Origin: Epithemia pelagica
Taxonomy: Eukaryota; Protista; Bacillariophyta
Direction: 5' to 3'
Assembly: GCA_946965045.2 (NCBI GenBank)
Contig: OX337229.1
Coordinates: 5,952,001 to 6,016,000 of the forward strand
Length of the DNA stretch: 64,000 nt
The translations under genes and the position numbers were made by a program. Below are positions 1 through 11,619 of this stretch, piece after piece. The notes below the pieces were generated by a model. It was not told the origin of the DNA and ran no database searches. It saw nothing but the letters and a program-made list of their open reading frames with translations. Positions within the stretch are counted from its first letter, which is position 1. Every line of letters starts with the position of its first letter.

Positions 1-977
1 CTTGGGACCCACGGATGCCGTGGGACGAGTGGCCGCCTTGGCCGGTGTCGATTGCATTGCCATGGATGACTATGACATGCCCAATTTTGTCGATTGTGCC
101 GATGCGGGCAATTGGGATACGGCCGCCTACGATTGTGACATGGAATTGGGAGACTTGCACTTTGTTGCCGACGGGGTGCATCATGTCTTGACCCAAGACG
201 ACTTGACGGACCGATTGGAAACCGAGGCGGGCGAAATTTGTGTCTTGAGAATCGTCGGAGACTTTGAATTGCCGGGATGGAGTAAGTATAGAGTATTGGT
301 TGTGATTCTTGTTTGTGGTGGTGGTCGTGCAGTTTGGAATGAGGAAACAGTGGGCGTGGACAGCATGTAGACACAAGACGGGTCCATGGGTCCCTACCTT
401 TTTCTTACAATGTTCTTTTTTTCTTCCTCTCATTGTGGATTCTTGTTGTTGTTGTTGATGTTGTTCTTGTATAGTTCTGGGAGACCCCTTTTTCAACGCA
501 CATTATGCCGCCTTTGACATTGCCCAACGACGTGTCGGCTTTGCTCCCTTGGCGGCGGCGCCAGACGACGACCAGGAACGAACGCGGTGTGACGCCGATT
601 GGCCACTCGACATTGCCAACACGAATGTCGTAGTAGAAGGGCCACCCCTTCCACCACCACCGGCCAAGGATCCATCAGTACCACCGCCCGAGAGTGTCCC
701 ATCACCACCGGTGGAGGAAGAACCCACCAGATCTCCGCCCATGCCTAGTATTCCATCGACACCGTCCTCCTCCTCCTCGACTTCTTTGCAAAGTGGTGCA
801 ACCATGAATCCCGACACGGTCAAACTTCTGGGAGGCCTAGTACTCGTCTTTTTGGTGGGCATGGGATTTGGCTGGGTCCTCTTTCGAAGACGACAACGGG
901 GATACAATTATCGACAACAACGATACAGTGAATTTGCGGCGGCCGAAGTAGATTTGGGAGCCCTCGAACTCACGTAG
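1..977 (+). CDS. 3' part of a membrane-anchored pepsin-family (A1) aspartic protease; exons <1..281 and 475..977
   Basis: Splicing the GTAAGT...ATAG intron (282-474) gives PGW-ILGDPFFNAHYAAFDIAQRRVGFAPL, the typical A1 C-terminal motif. A Pro/Ser linker, a TM helix (LLGGLVLVFLVGMGFGWVLF) and RRRQR follow. The 5' end is outside the window. Confidence 0.85.
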
Positions 978-1448
978 TAATAATAGAAACCAACAACAAC
1001 AGAACAGTAGTAGTACTACCGAATATAGGGTTTGTAGCAACCCAAGGACGACTCTCCCAACACGACAGGTCGACCCGGATGGGAGGATGATGAAGAATCC
1101 TCTTCTCCCAAGAAAGAATGCTGGGCTATTTCGAAGAATGTAATATGGTCCTCCCCGCCGCCAAGAGGTCGAACCTCTCCAATTGCAATAAGTACAACCA
1201 AGAAAACGGACTGTCGGTCTCGGAGATGGGCATGTCCCGCCGTAAAAAAAACTAGGATGGAGAGTCCTTTTGCACAACAACAACAAGCCAAAGCAAGCTA
1301 CTCACTCTCCTAATAGAGCCCTAGGGGGCTATCTACACATTAGTAGAGAGGTATAGCTCCAAGGGGTGTCAGAGACGCGACCGGGGTTCTTGACGCGCGA
1401 CCGATAGAAAGCGGTACTCCTCCGTGCTACATGGGACTATCATTTTGT

Positions 1449-1517
1449 ATCCCCCAGCGGGGGTGTTTTTGAGGGATACACGAAATTACACCCTCAAAGC
1501 CACCCCCGCTGGGGGTA
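1449..1517. mobile_element. 69-bp miniature inverted-repeat element with 10-bp flanking direct repeat
   Basis: Arms 1451-1475 and 1491-1515 are inverted repeats (23/25). ATCATTTTGT lies immediately outside on both sides (1439-1448, 1518-1527). Confidence 0.7.
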
Positions 1518-2277
1518 ATCATTTTGTTTCTATGGAGGACTACCCCCGCAGGGATGAGTGGGTAGTCGCACATGTGTCGAGTATTCTGGACGAATTGTGC
1601 AAAATACACGATTGATGCGCGACCACACATTTTACTCCCGCTAGAGGGTAATGGAGGACTAATATCATGTTGAGCCAATGCTTAGTATTGTAGTATTCTC
1701 CGTGTTGTCGACGTCAGCCAGTCCAGTCAGCAGTTCCCTGTCATGCTATGTCATCTAGTGTGCTTTCTGCTTCCTCAACTTCCTCCCCGTCATCTTGTAG
1801 GTCGGTCTGCAATTCTTTCGACGATTGGCGTTTTTTCCCAGTCATTCCCAAGAAGAAGGTGGGAAGGCAAGTGTCATCATCATTGGACTCTTCTGGTTGA
1901 TTGCCCATCCCCGCATCCTCGCTCTTGCTGGAAAAAGACTCTCTCTGACATTAGGCTGTCGACGAGATCCGAACAACATCTACTACCGCCTCTATCATTA
2001 GAGAGAGATTGCATTCACACATAGTGTCCGTGGTGAGAACAAGAGAGACCTTTCGTTTGTCATTTCGTTACACAATTCACGCTGTGACGACTACCGAGCT
2101 TGTGGAGTTGCGCACCGTCACACACGTCCCAGAGTCTCAATTCACCCTAAATCCCTCGATCCTCCTCCTTGAAGAATCATTCGTGTCGTCATTCTACAAA
2201 CAACGACCTATTCTAGAAGTATGGTGGTTCGACGACATGCACGCCAACCAGCATTGTCGTTGTTGTTCATGGGGAGG

Positions 2278-4413
2278 ATGATGATATGGATCCTGGGCAG
2301 CGTCGGAGTGATGGTGGTCACGGGCTTTGGTGGTGGTTCCGTCCCTGTAGTACGACTACGACGACGACCAGCCACACACACAAAGACGGTCCTCTTTTAT
2401 GGTGGTGGTACGAATCCTCCCAGTCGACGACAAGCCGAAATTCGTCAAAAAATTCGTCAATTGAAACAACAAGGACGGCTCCAAAAGCCAGTGATGGATC
2501 CAGAGGATGACGACAACAACAATGACAACAACGAATCATCCATGTCAGCCAAGGATGAGGCCTATGCCACCAAAATTCGACAAAAGTTGGGAGACGGCAA
2601 GAGTAAACTCTTGGGATTTACCACCTCGACAGACCAAGACGACGACATGGACGAGGAGGACGACGACAACCTAGCAACACAAGAGGACGTAATAACATCC
2701 ACACCCTTGGTTGGTCGCCTTGGCTCCTTGGACACGCCCGACGAGGCTTCCACGACCGTCGATACGTTTACCAAGGATACAAGCGCACCGAAACAACAAT
2801 CTCCCCTCATTGATCCATCCTTGTTTGACACTCCTGGTGACGACGAAGAAGAAGTCGATGAAGATGTCTTGGTGGATCAAGTGGCCCAAAAAATGATGGA
2901 GAAACGGGCTCGAGAACAACCACAAAAACAACAAAAAGCCGCTCCAACATCCACAACAACCACGACCAAGACGACGACGACGACGAACACACAACTGACC
3001 AGTGGCGTGGGTGGATCCTGGAATCCCACGAATGAAACGCAAACGGTCGACATGTATCAACCCAAGACGGGTTCCTGGGGTGCCTTTCCTCGTCCCCGCG
3101 ATATTTCCAAAGCCTATGGCGGTGGTCGTCGCGTCGGACCGGGCTATAGCAATGAAGAAGCGCGCTTGAATTCCACTGAAGCGACCCGATTGCGTCTCAA
3201 ACAATATCGCGAAAAGGCGGGCATTGAAGTCCAATCGGAAAAGGATCACGCGGTCGAAATTGACCAAGCCTTGAGCATTGGAGGATTGGCCATGCAACGC
3301 GGCATGTATTCGACCGCCGTGTCGGCCTTGGAGAAGGTGACCAAGTATTGTTCCACCAATAGCAAAGTCGGGGGCAAAGTCTTTTTGGAATTGGCCATGG
3401 CCTACGAAGCCGTCGGACGGACGGATGAGGCCATTACCGTCTATGCCACTCTCAGCAAATGCCGGATTGAAGAAATCAAATTCAATGCCAAACGACTCTT
3501 GTATGGCATTGAAGCCATGCAGTTTATGCGGAACGAAATGAAAGATTCCAGCTTTTCACGCAAAAAGGTGCGCAACACCTTTATTGATACGACTGGATTG
3601 GGAAACATTGCGCAAAACTTTGATGACGTCTATCAGACGGCCTATATTGATTTGGAAGGCAATTTTTACAAACGCTTGACGGAATCCGTCGTCCGGTCAC
3701 CGCGCGAGGCCCGACAAATTTTGCTCAAGGCCACCGATGCCGGCGAAGTGGAACGGACCCGCATTGTCCAAGCCTTGCGGTCCTTGTCCCGGAATTTTGA
3801 AGACGCCCTCGAACAGGAAATTGAACGCACGACGGTTCAAGAACCAGTGGCGGTCATGAATGGGAAACCCATCTTGTCGCGGGTCAGCCAACAGAGTTCC
3901 GAGAACGACTTTATGGGAGGCGCCGGTGACTTTGTCTTGGCCAATGCCCCACAAATGCTCGAAAACTTGGAGGGCGACTGGCGATTGCAACTCTTGGCCG
4001 ATCGACGGGGCGATGGAGTCAAATTCTTCAACTCCACATTGGCCTGGCAACGGTTTGGTCCTCTCGCGACGACGGATCGTAGTAGTAGCACGACGAGTCG
4101 TCGATTGTTTGAGGCGCAAACACCCGTCGGCTTTGCCACGCTCCAAGTGTCGGGGGTGGTGGAATTTCAGACTGTCCAACGAATTTTGCAACGACACGAC
4201 GTGGAAACCAAGGGAGGCGGTGTGTTTGGCGCACTCATTGTCAATCCGTCCATGGGTCCCATGGGGGCCGTCCAAGGACCGCATCAAATCATGATGGTCG
4301 ACTCGACCTTGTTGGTCACACGCAAAGCGCCCGTGAAAAAGTCGTCGTCGTCGTCTTCGGCCAAGAAGGATGCCGAAAAGGAATACTTTGCCGTGTGGAG
4401 AAGGATGGAGTGA
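2278..4413 (+). CDS. Probable plastid-targeted TPR-containing conserved protein
   Basis: Long ORF with a hydrophobic N-terminus ending TG-F, an acidic linker, the motif YQPKTGSWGAFPRPRDISKAYGGGR, and TPR-like helices (ELAMAYEAVGRTDEAITVY). Start codon uncertain (2269 or 2278). Confidence 0.65.
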   Translation: MMIWILGSVGVMVVTGFGGGSVPVVRLRRRPATHTKTVLFYGGGTNPPSRRQAEIRQKIRQLKQQGRLQKPVMDPEDDDNNNDNNESSMSAKDEAYATKIRQKLGDGKSKLLGFTTSTDQDDDMDEEDDDNLATQEDVITSTPLVGRLGSLDTPDEASTTVDTFTKDTSAPKQQSPLIDPSLFDTPGDDEEEVDEDVLVDQVAQKMMEKRAREQPQKQQKAAPTSTTTTTKTTTTTNTQLTSGVGGSWNPTNETQTVDMYQPKTGSWGAFPRPRDISKAYGGGRRVGPGYSNEEARLNSTEATRLRLKQYREKAGIEVQSEKDHAVEIDQALSIGGLAMQRGMYSTAVSALEKVTKYCSTNSKVGGKVFLELAMAYEAVGRTDEAITVYATLSKCRIEEIKFNAKRLLYGIEAMQFMRNEMKDSSFSRKKVRNTFIDTTGLGNIAQNFDDVYQTAYIDLEGNFYKRLTESVVRSPREARQILLKATDAGEVERTRIVQALRSLSRNFEDALEQEIERTTVQEPVAVMNGKPILSRVSQQSSENDFMGGAGDFVLANAPQMLENLEGDWRLQLLADRRGDGVKFFNSTLAWQRFGPLATTDRSSSTTSRRLFEAQTPVGFATLQVSGVVEFQTVQRILQRHDVETKGGGVFGALIVNPSMGPMGAVQGPHQIMMVDSTLLVTRKAPVKKSSSSSSAKKDAEKEYFAVWRRME

Positions 4414-4606
4414 AGCAACAGATATTAGTACATGGGAATTGTCCAACTCGTGTGTAATGCCTTTTGGTCGGAACACTCTCCCGAGTTGTGTACGTCATAT
4501 TTTCAACACACACGGACTGAATTGTGAAACATAGAGAGAACGAGTGAAAAAAAGGCCCCAACCAACCATGAACAAATCAACGCTATAAATCGCGGGGCCT
4601 CGAATC

Positions 4607-4609
<3 letters not shown>

Positions 4610-4637
<28 letters not shown>
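4610..4637. repeat. (AG)14 microsatellite
   Basis: Read directly from the sequence. Confidence 0.9.
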
Positions 4638-4642
<5 letters not shown>

Positions 4643-5490
4643 GAACAAGTCTCTAGGGGATGGACCCAATATTGTAAGTGTCCATTCGCCACTGTCATGC
4701 GCGCACACACACAACTTGTAGTTAGCTAATAGCAATCGAATAATGCTCTCAACGGAGAGAATCTACCAAATAAAAGCGTCCTCTACGAATCACATTCTCT
4801 CCGTCGTTTGCGACTCTCGTTTTCCGAATGGACACGAGAGACCTACCTACTCCCATCCGTAGAGTTCGTAATATTGTACTATGGAAGACTGGTCCAAACA
4901 GCAGCAGCCGTATCACGTCGTGTTGGAGTCCAACGCGAAACAACAGGGAGAGACAGAGAGGAAGGGGAAACCCCTGTAGTAGTAGTCGTCGTCGTCCTAC
5001 TCTGAGAAACCAATGTGTATTGCAAATCCAACAACAACAACAATACTACTACAACACACCAGCACTCTCTTCGCTCTCTCTCTCCAAACACCACTCACCC
5101 ACCCATTCCAGACGATCTCTGTCCTGGCGACCATAATAGATTCGTGAGACCCCGCACCGTGGTGGCGGCAAGAGGACTACCACTGCATTTGGTTCCTGTT
5201 GGGGGTGGGGGTTGGTTGGTTCCGCGATAATGGCAGGACCACACGGACCATTTCGCAGGGAGTATATAGAGACCAAGCTCTCCCTTGCCTGTGTCTCATG
5301 GCGGATCATGGGTAATACGGTTCGTGTGTGTGTGTCGTTTGCATGTCTCGATGGTATCTATCCCACGAGAGCTGGATGCGGTCCAAAGAACAACCATGCA
5401 CACACACACACGGTACAATCACAAACGTCTCTCCAGGAGTCGTCCAGAAGCAAACCATACAATTCGCTCCATGTCAGCACACAAGGTTTC

Positions 5491-7326
5491 TTACACCGTG
5501 TCCTCGTCGTCTGGATCATGATTGGTATGGTGATTGCCGCCTCCCGTGTCAACGTCGTCCTCTTGTGCTTGAGTAGTAGTTGAGGAGGATGAGGATGGTG
5601 TGCGGGACAGTACTGCTTTGGAGGAACGACGAGAACGACAACACGACCCTGGCGTGGCCACATTGGCTTGTTGACAGAGGGGACAGGTATTTTTGTGTTG
5701 CACCCACAGTTTCAAACACGTCTTGTGAAACATGTGTCCACACGAAATGTCTCCAATCACGGTTCCAGGATGGATCGTCTGGAGACAAATGGCACACACG
5801 ACTCGTTCTCCGGAGGGTGGTGGTGAATGTCCTTCCTGCACGGTGTCACAAACACTCGACTCGTCGTCGTCATGGTGGNNNNNNNNNNNNNNNNNNNNNN
5901 NNNNNNNNNNNNNNNNNNNNNNNNNNNNNNNNNNNNNNNNNNNNNNNNNNNNNNNNNNNNNNNNNNNNNNNNNNNNNNNNNNNNNNNNNNNNNNNNNNNN
6001 NNNNNNNNNNNNNNNNNNNNNNNNNNNNNNNNNNNNNNNNNNNNNNNNNNNNNNNNNNNNNNNNNNNNNNNNNNNNNNTGTGGATGGCTCGTATCGTTTG
6101 AGATTCAACATTAGTGCTAGTGCCGTTGTGTTGTGGTTCGTGTGATTGTCCTGGTGGTCCATTGTCGTTGTCGTTGTCGAGGTGGTGGTGGGTGTTGTGG
6201 TGGTGGTACGAGTCGCCGCCGGTGGGTCCCAGGCCAAGACTTGTTCCAACGACAAGCGTGTTGTATTAGTGTTGTTGTTAATGCTCTCCTCCTCCTCGTA
6301 TTCGTCGTCCTCCAAGTCTCGATACCACCAACGAAACAGCCACTGCCAGTGAGGTGGTACATGCTCTTGGATGGAGTGTCGACACTGCAATCGAAAGAGG
6401 GCGGCTTGTCGCAATCGTTCAATCTTGTAATATTCCCCACGATCCATAATGTCTTGCAAGCCTTGTTCCAGGGACTCTTGGTCTCTTTCTTGTGGTTGTT
6501 GTGGTTGTGGTTGTGGGGAGGATTGTACGGAACCGTCGTTGTTGTCATTGTCGTGTCGTGCAGGATCACCACCACACCACCAAGCAGCAGCAGTACAACG
6601 AACAGTGTGCTGAACCAGTCGTTGCAGCAAAAGGTGGGCATACGATCGGGCGGCGCGACCTGGATCGGAACAAAAACAGGCCATCATCCACAGTCCATAC
6701 CAAAACAAGACAATGGGCCACAATCCCCGCATCAATTGATCCGATCGATCCAATTGAAAACAGTGAACCTCCTCCTGATCGTCCTTGTTGTTGTTGTTGT
6801 TGTTGTTGCTGCTGGTGTGGACCACACACTTATTGAATTGGGCCGGACAATAATAGGACAATGACGACGAAGAAGTGGCAGAAGAAGAAGAAAGGGCCGT
6901 GGCGGAAAATTGCAAACACCAACATTTCTTGGCCTGGATCAACACCTCCTGTTCATCCTTGTCGTTGCTGGCTGTCGTGTCCTCACTACTACTGCTGCTG
7001 TGAGAACTTGCGGCTGCTGCTGGTTGGACCACCATGCCCGTTTCGGGATTCCAGGAAAAGGAAATGGTACGACTGCTCAATCCACATTCGACCGACGTGG
7101 TTCCCGACCTTGTGGACGACGACGGCGACGATGAAGAGTGTCGTTCCGTCAAGGCCTCGACACCCATGCTTCCACCACACAAGGTCAATGAAACCACCAC
7201 CACCACCACCACCACAAACGAATAGACCATATTCCTAGTCCTCAGGCTTGGACACGATGCACGACAGTACCGTTTCGCGGCACCCCGAATCGTTCGGGTC
7301 CGTGTCGTCATGAAGGGCACAGTCAT
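5491..7326 (-). CDS. Membrane RING-H2 E3 ubiquitin ligase (spans the assembly gap)
   Basis: C-terminal CAIC...CGHMFHKTC...WVQHKNTCPLC, an N-terminal signal-like hydrophobic stretch and an internal TM segment. Start uncertain (7326 or 7230). Frame across the N run is assumed. Confidence 0.75.
   Translation of the reverse strand: MTVPFMTTRTRTIRGAAKRYCRASCPSLRTRNMVYSFVVVVVVVVSLTLCGGSMGVEALTERHSSSSPSSSTRSGTTSVECGLSSRTISFSWNPETGMVVQPAAAASSHSSSSSEDTTASNDKDEQEVLIQAKKCWCLQFSATALSSSSATSSSSLSYYCPAQFNKCVVHTSSNNNNNNNKDDQEEVHCFQLDRSDQLMRGLWPIVLFWYGLWMMACFCSDPGRAARSYAHLLLQRLVQHTVRCTAAAWWCGGDPARHDNDNNDGSVQSSPQPQPQQPQERDQESLEQGLQDIMDRGEYYKIERLRQAALFRLQCRHSIQEHVPPHWQWLFRWWYRDLEDDEYEEEESINNNTNTTRLSLEQVLAWDPPAATRTTTTTPTTTSTTTTTMDHQDNHTNHNTTALALMLNLKRYEPSTXXXXXXXXXXXXXXXXXXXXXXXXXXXXXXXXXXXXXXXXXXXXXXXXXXXXXXXXXXXXXXXXXXXHHDDDESSVCDTVQEGHSPPPSGERVVCAICLQTIHPGTVIGDISCGHMFHKTCLKLWVQHKNTCPLCQQANVATPGSCCRSRRSSKAVLSRTPSSSSSTTTQAQEDDVDTGGGNHHTNHDPDDEDTV
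5879..6078. other. Assembly gap, 200 N
   Basis: Run of N. Confidence 1.
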
Positions 7327-7725
7327 GGTCTCTTCCTGTTCGTTTGGAACGAAAGGATGCATGGGAACGACCACTCCACTGCTCCAGATAGAGAAAAAGT
7401 GCCTCCAAAAAAGTGGGAGTGGTGTTCGTAGTCGCCAGGTATGAGTCTCTGCCGACTGGCGCGTACTCCATGCTATATAATGTACACTTGTACGAGTGTA
7501 TAAATGTCTCTTTCCCCCAAGACTCCCCACTTTGAAGTGAATCGTATTGGGAGAGAATATGCATTGGGACATCGACCGGCGCGCACTCAATGCTCTCCTC
7601 CCCAAGAAAAAATTCGTGAGCGATCTTTTGCGTCGGCACATCATCCCATCCATCCACCATGAACACACCAAGATACACGCAAGGATAGACAGCAACCAGC
7701 AACTCTCGTCGTCATCTTCTTCTTT

Positions 7726-7728
<3 letters not shown>

Positions 7729-7758
<30 letters not shown>

Positions 7759-7858
7759 CTTCTTCTTCTTCTTCTTCTTCTTCTTCTTCTTCTTCTTCTT
7801 CTTCTTCTTCTTCTTCTTCTTCTTCTTCTTCTTCTTCTTCTTCTTCTTCTTCTTCTTC
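7729..7858. repeat. Perfect (CTT)n / (GAA)n microsatellite, ~43 units
   Basis: 130 bp uninterrupted; it explains the poly-F/E/R ORFs in the track. Confidence 0.95.
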
Positions 7859-7885
7859 GTGTTGTTGCCAACCGAGTATTCGATC

Positions 7886-8880
7886 ATGATTGTGCGGAAT
7901 CCAAAAGTGATCCAGACTACGAATTCGGATGGTACGTTTGATTGCGAGGTATGGAGCCCGCTTATTTAGTAGAATCGATCGTATACCATGAATCCGACAT
8001 TCGAATTCCGTTTGGTTGCGTAATCTCATGAATCTACGGTTCGATTCGTTGTGTTTTGATGTTGTTGCAAACTGCCATGACGATATTATATATATATATA
8101 ATAGTAGGTATTTCCCATGTCTTTACCAATCCGGATATTCCCTGGGCTGTGGATATGGATGGTACCTGGATTCAAGAGGATGTCACGGAATGGGCCGTCC
8201 AGCACAGTGTGGTACGACCCTGGTGTTGGCCCCTCCTCCTCTGGGCCATGGCATGGTCCCTCCTTCAAAGAACACCGTGGGCCGGACTTCGATTCTTGGA
8301 ACAGGCCATCTTGTTCATGCCCTATCATCAACATCAAGGCAACAAACACCAACCACGGTTTACCCATCATACCGCGCTCCACTCCTTGGTGGCGGCACAT
8401 GTCCAGGAACGTGGTGGTGTGGCAGTCTTGGCCACGGCCTCGCATGTGGCAGCCGCCTATCATGTGATTTTGGATCATCCTGCACCACCACCACTGGAAT
8501 CACAACCCAATGCCACTGTTTGGAATCAAACAACCAATTCGTCCTTGTCGTCGTCGTCGTCATTGTCATTTCCTCTCCAACGGCTACGACAACAACGACC
8601 CCTCTTTGCGGCTCTCTGGGGAAGCTGCAGTCGGAATCCCTCCCAGTGGCCTCCCGATACTACCACCACACGGTGGGACTGGTTTCACATGGCGGGAGCG
8701 GCCAAAGCCCGCGTCTTGGCCCACCACTTTTCCAAGACTGGCTTTGTCTATGCCGGCAATTCAAAAGACGATGTGGCTGTGTGGAATCATTCCCACTGTT
8801 GTGGCATGATTTTGGTCCAGTGTTCACCACACGTCTTGCAACAAGCCCGGCACATTGCCAAACCCTACATACTATTATAG
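7886..8880 (+). CDS. HAD-like hydrolase domain protein; likely exons 7886..7931 and 8108..8880
   Basis: Motifs VDMDGT, VLATAS, KA and FVYAGNSKDD resemble the HAD domain fused to some bacterial UbiA proteins. The upstream exon is inferred from an in-frame GTACG...TAG intron. Confidence 0.65.
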
Positions 8881-9179
8881 ATTCATCGTAGTGTTGGACC
8901 CACTGGAGTATACAGTGTTGCTACCTAGTCGCTATAGTCACCACAACCACACCAACGACGACCACTTTCAACGTAGAGCTCCAGGGATAGGTGTCATGTT
9001 TTGCAATAAGGGCGATCCCGATCACCATTCGCCAATTCTTCCAACCCCCAGCGGGGGTAGCTTATAGTAGGGTGTAATCCCTCGTCGTGAGCTCCTTGTT
9101 GTTGTGTCTGCAATAAAAGGAGACAACCATTCCATTCGAAAAGCAAAGTGCAGGTTTTTGGGATAGGGTAACCTACACA

Positions 9180-9635
9180 CTTCGACAGATGAGCGAATCG
9201 GGTCTTTATTTTTTCAAGGAGCGGATGCGTCCCTTCGATTCCGGCGAACCGAACGTGCAACTTCGTTTTAGATCGGAAGAAAGCAGCAGTCGATGCTGGT
9301 CCGGGAACCTCTAAGTTTGTTGAATGTGGTGTTAGAAAAACAATATAACTGAAATACTTCGTGGACTTTGACGCCGACACCAACAAGTTCTGCCATTGTT
9401 CGTAAAGCTGCGTCTCACAAATTGGACGATCCTGGGGCAATTGGATTGTGCACTGAACAAAGTAGATGTATAGCGTATTTTTAGTCCTTCTTGCAATGAT
9501 GAAATCAATGCCTCTGTATTGTCGGTTGAGAGGGACAAAAACAAGTACCTCGATATTCGATGGCCACTCGATGGTCTCGGGCACCGCTTCGTCTCCTCCA
9601 GGAACATCGAGCACCAATTTCGTTGCAGCTTCCAG
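9180..9635 (-). pseudogene. Gene B copy 0: C-terminal REase-like fragment only
   Basis: Near-identical to the 3' end of B1, with motif PLNRQYRGIDFII...FVQCT. Truncated by a deletion junction at ~9635. Confidence 0.8.
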
Positions 9636-11507
9636 GCTTATGGGTCAGCAGAGAAACTCTTGGTGGCGGCAACCCATACGACCGTCGAAGGAGAAAGAAT
9701 AATAGTGGCTTTTGAGAGCAATGAAAACAAACTAGACTTTTGCTTCTATCGAGACAAAGACGACTACACCAGGTACACCGCCGACAAGGCACTGGGCCGA
9801 ATCAAGGGAAACAGGGACGAATTCAAGAAATTTTGCGAGTCGCAGCTCCTACTTATCCAAGATAGCGATAAGAATGGCGTTCTCCCCACAAAAAGGACCT
9901 ACGTTCAAGTCCATGGCGTCAATGAATTTGACAATCTAGACAGCGACATTCGAAAAGACAAATCGTATGCGTTGGTGGTGGCGGGAGAAAGCGGCAGTGG
10001 TAAATCAGTATTTTCTTGCCTTGAATCAATGGAGCGTGGTTTTATCCCTATATACATGTTGCTACGCTTGCGGAAAAACAAAAGGGAGAACGAGGGAGAG
10101 GACAAGAAAGGGGACGAAGAATTCAAGAAGGAGGAGACAGGAGAAGAAAAGAACCAGATGGGGCACAATGCTTCCGAGGTCTACACCAGGAAACCAGAAA
10201 GCGAGTTTAATGGCAGGAAACCAAACAATGAGTTTCCACACATACATAAGTTTTTGCAGGGGGTCCTAAACGTTCACAAAGAAAAGAGCAGCAATCATAT
10301 TGATGTCATCGATAGCTTGAAGACCAACCTCAGCGCATCACGAAACAAATGGGCGAGGGAGATTCTCAAACAAGCTTTCGAGCAATTTTGTGAAGGCGAT
10401 GCAAACGCCCAATCATGGAGCGAAGGTCGTTGGTCGAGTGATGCATTGCCAAGTAAGGTTGCACTGATTCTTGATGAGGCAACGGATATTGATCTGGTCG
10501 AGGGCTTGATTGACACTGTGAGGCAGACGTACCGCGAGATGGATGGTTTAGTTAAGGAACGTATCATTCTGGTCCTGGTGGGCACTGGTTTGGATTTAAT
10601 CCGTGATGGCAATCAGGTAGGAACAAACCCTGCCTAAAGTAGGCTAATTCGAATGAAAGGACCAGATCTGCTGCATCTTGAAAAGACAGGCGTGATAAAA
10701 CCAGAAATAAGTCGGGTAGTATCCAACGGGCTGTTCTCTCGAGTTCTCCAGACCAACTCAAGAATGCTCTTTAGAGGGATCCTCCCCGTTCTTCGACAAG
10801 GTTTTCACTCAGTCGACGGTGACTTTGATCCTCAAACGAAGAAAAGACGATACGAGGAGAGACTGAAGGCCATTGCATCGTTTGGCCCACTCATGGATTA
10901 CGGGGTCAGGTTCTTTGTCACCCAGAATATTATGGGTGACTTGTCCTCGAATAGGCGGGATGAGTTGTTGGCCGAATCCTTTGTGTATCATCTCTCGACG
11001 GCGATTGGAGCACCATTGAGAGAACACGCAGCTGTCTCGAGAATTCAACAGATTGAGCTAGAGAAAGTGAAAAACCTCAGGAAGCCTTCAAACGAGATCT
11101 TCAAAGTGGGCCAGGGCCTTGCTGTCAAGTCCGGTACCTCAGCAGCTCTCAAATACATGTCCTGTTTTGGTTTAACCTGTCCTATCCGACCTTCATTTGG
11201 CAATGAGTTGGAAGAGTTGACAGCTTTACATTACCAGCGTTTAATGGAAATTCAAGGATATTGCCCGCGGCGTGTCACGCTACGGTATGCATGGCCACCC
11301 AAGTCCAACAAACGTGATGGCAGTATTACCGACGCGGTTATCAATGATCTGAAAGAGAAGCTAGCAAAGCAATCGGAGATGGAGCTGCCTAACCTTTCGG
11401 TCGGACAAGAAGATGGTCGGGAGTGCATTGTCTTTTCCCAAGGAACAGCTTCTGCGCAAGGTGGGGTTGTCCTTGTTCTTCCAACCCCCAGCGGGGGTAG
11501 CTTATAG
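9636..11507 (+). pseudogene. Gene A copy 0: 5'-deleted P-loop NTPase, premature stop, 3'-truncated
   Basis: Walker A GESGSGKS, Walker B LILDEA, TAA at 10635-10637 where other copies have TAT; ends at the array junction. Confidence 0.85.
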
Positions 11508-11619
11508 TAGGGTGTAATCCCTCGTCGTGAGCTCGTTGATGTTGTGTCTGCAATAGGGAGACAACCATTCCATTCGAAAAGCAAAGTTCAGGTTTTGGGA
11601 TAGGGTAACCTACACACTT

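Noticed and set aside
7547-8029. ORFs with poly-F, poly-E or poly-R
   Set aside because: Translations of the CTT microsatellite.
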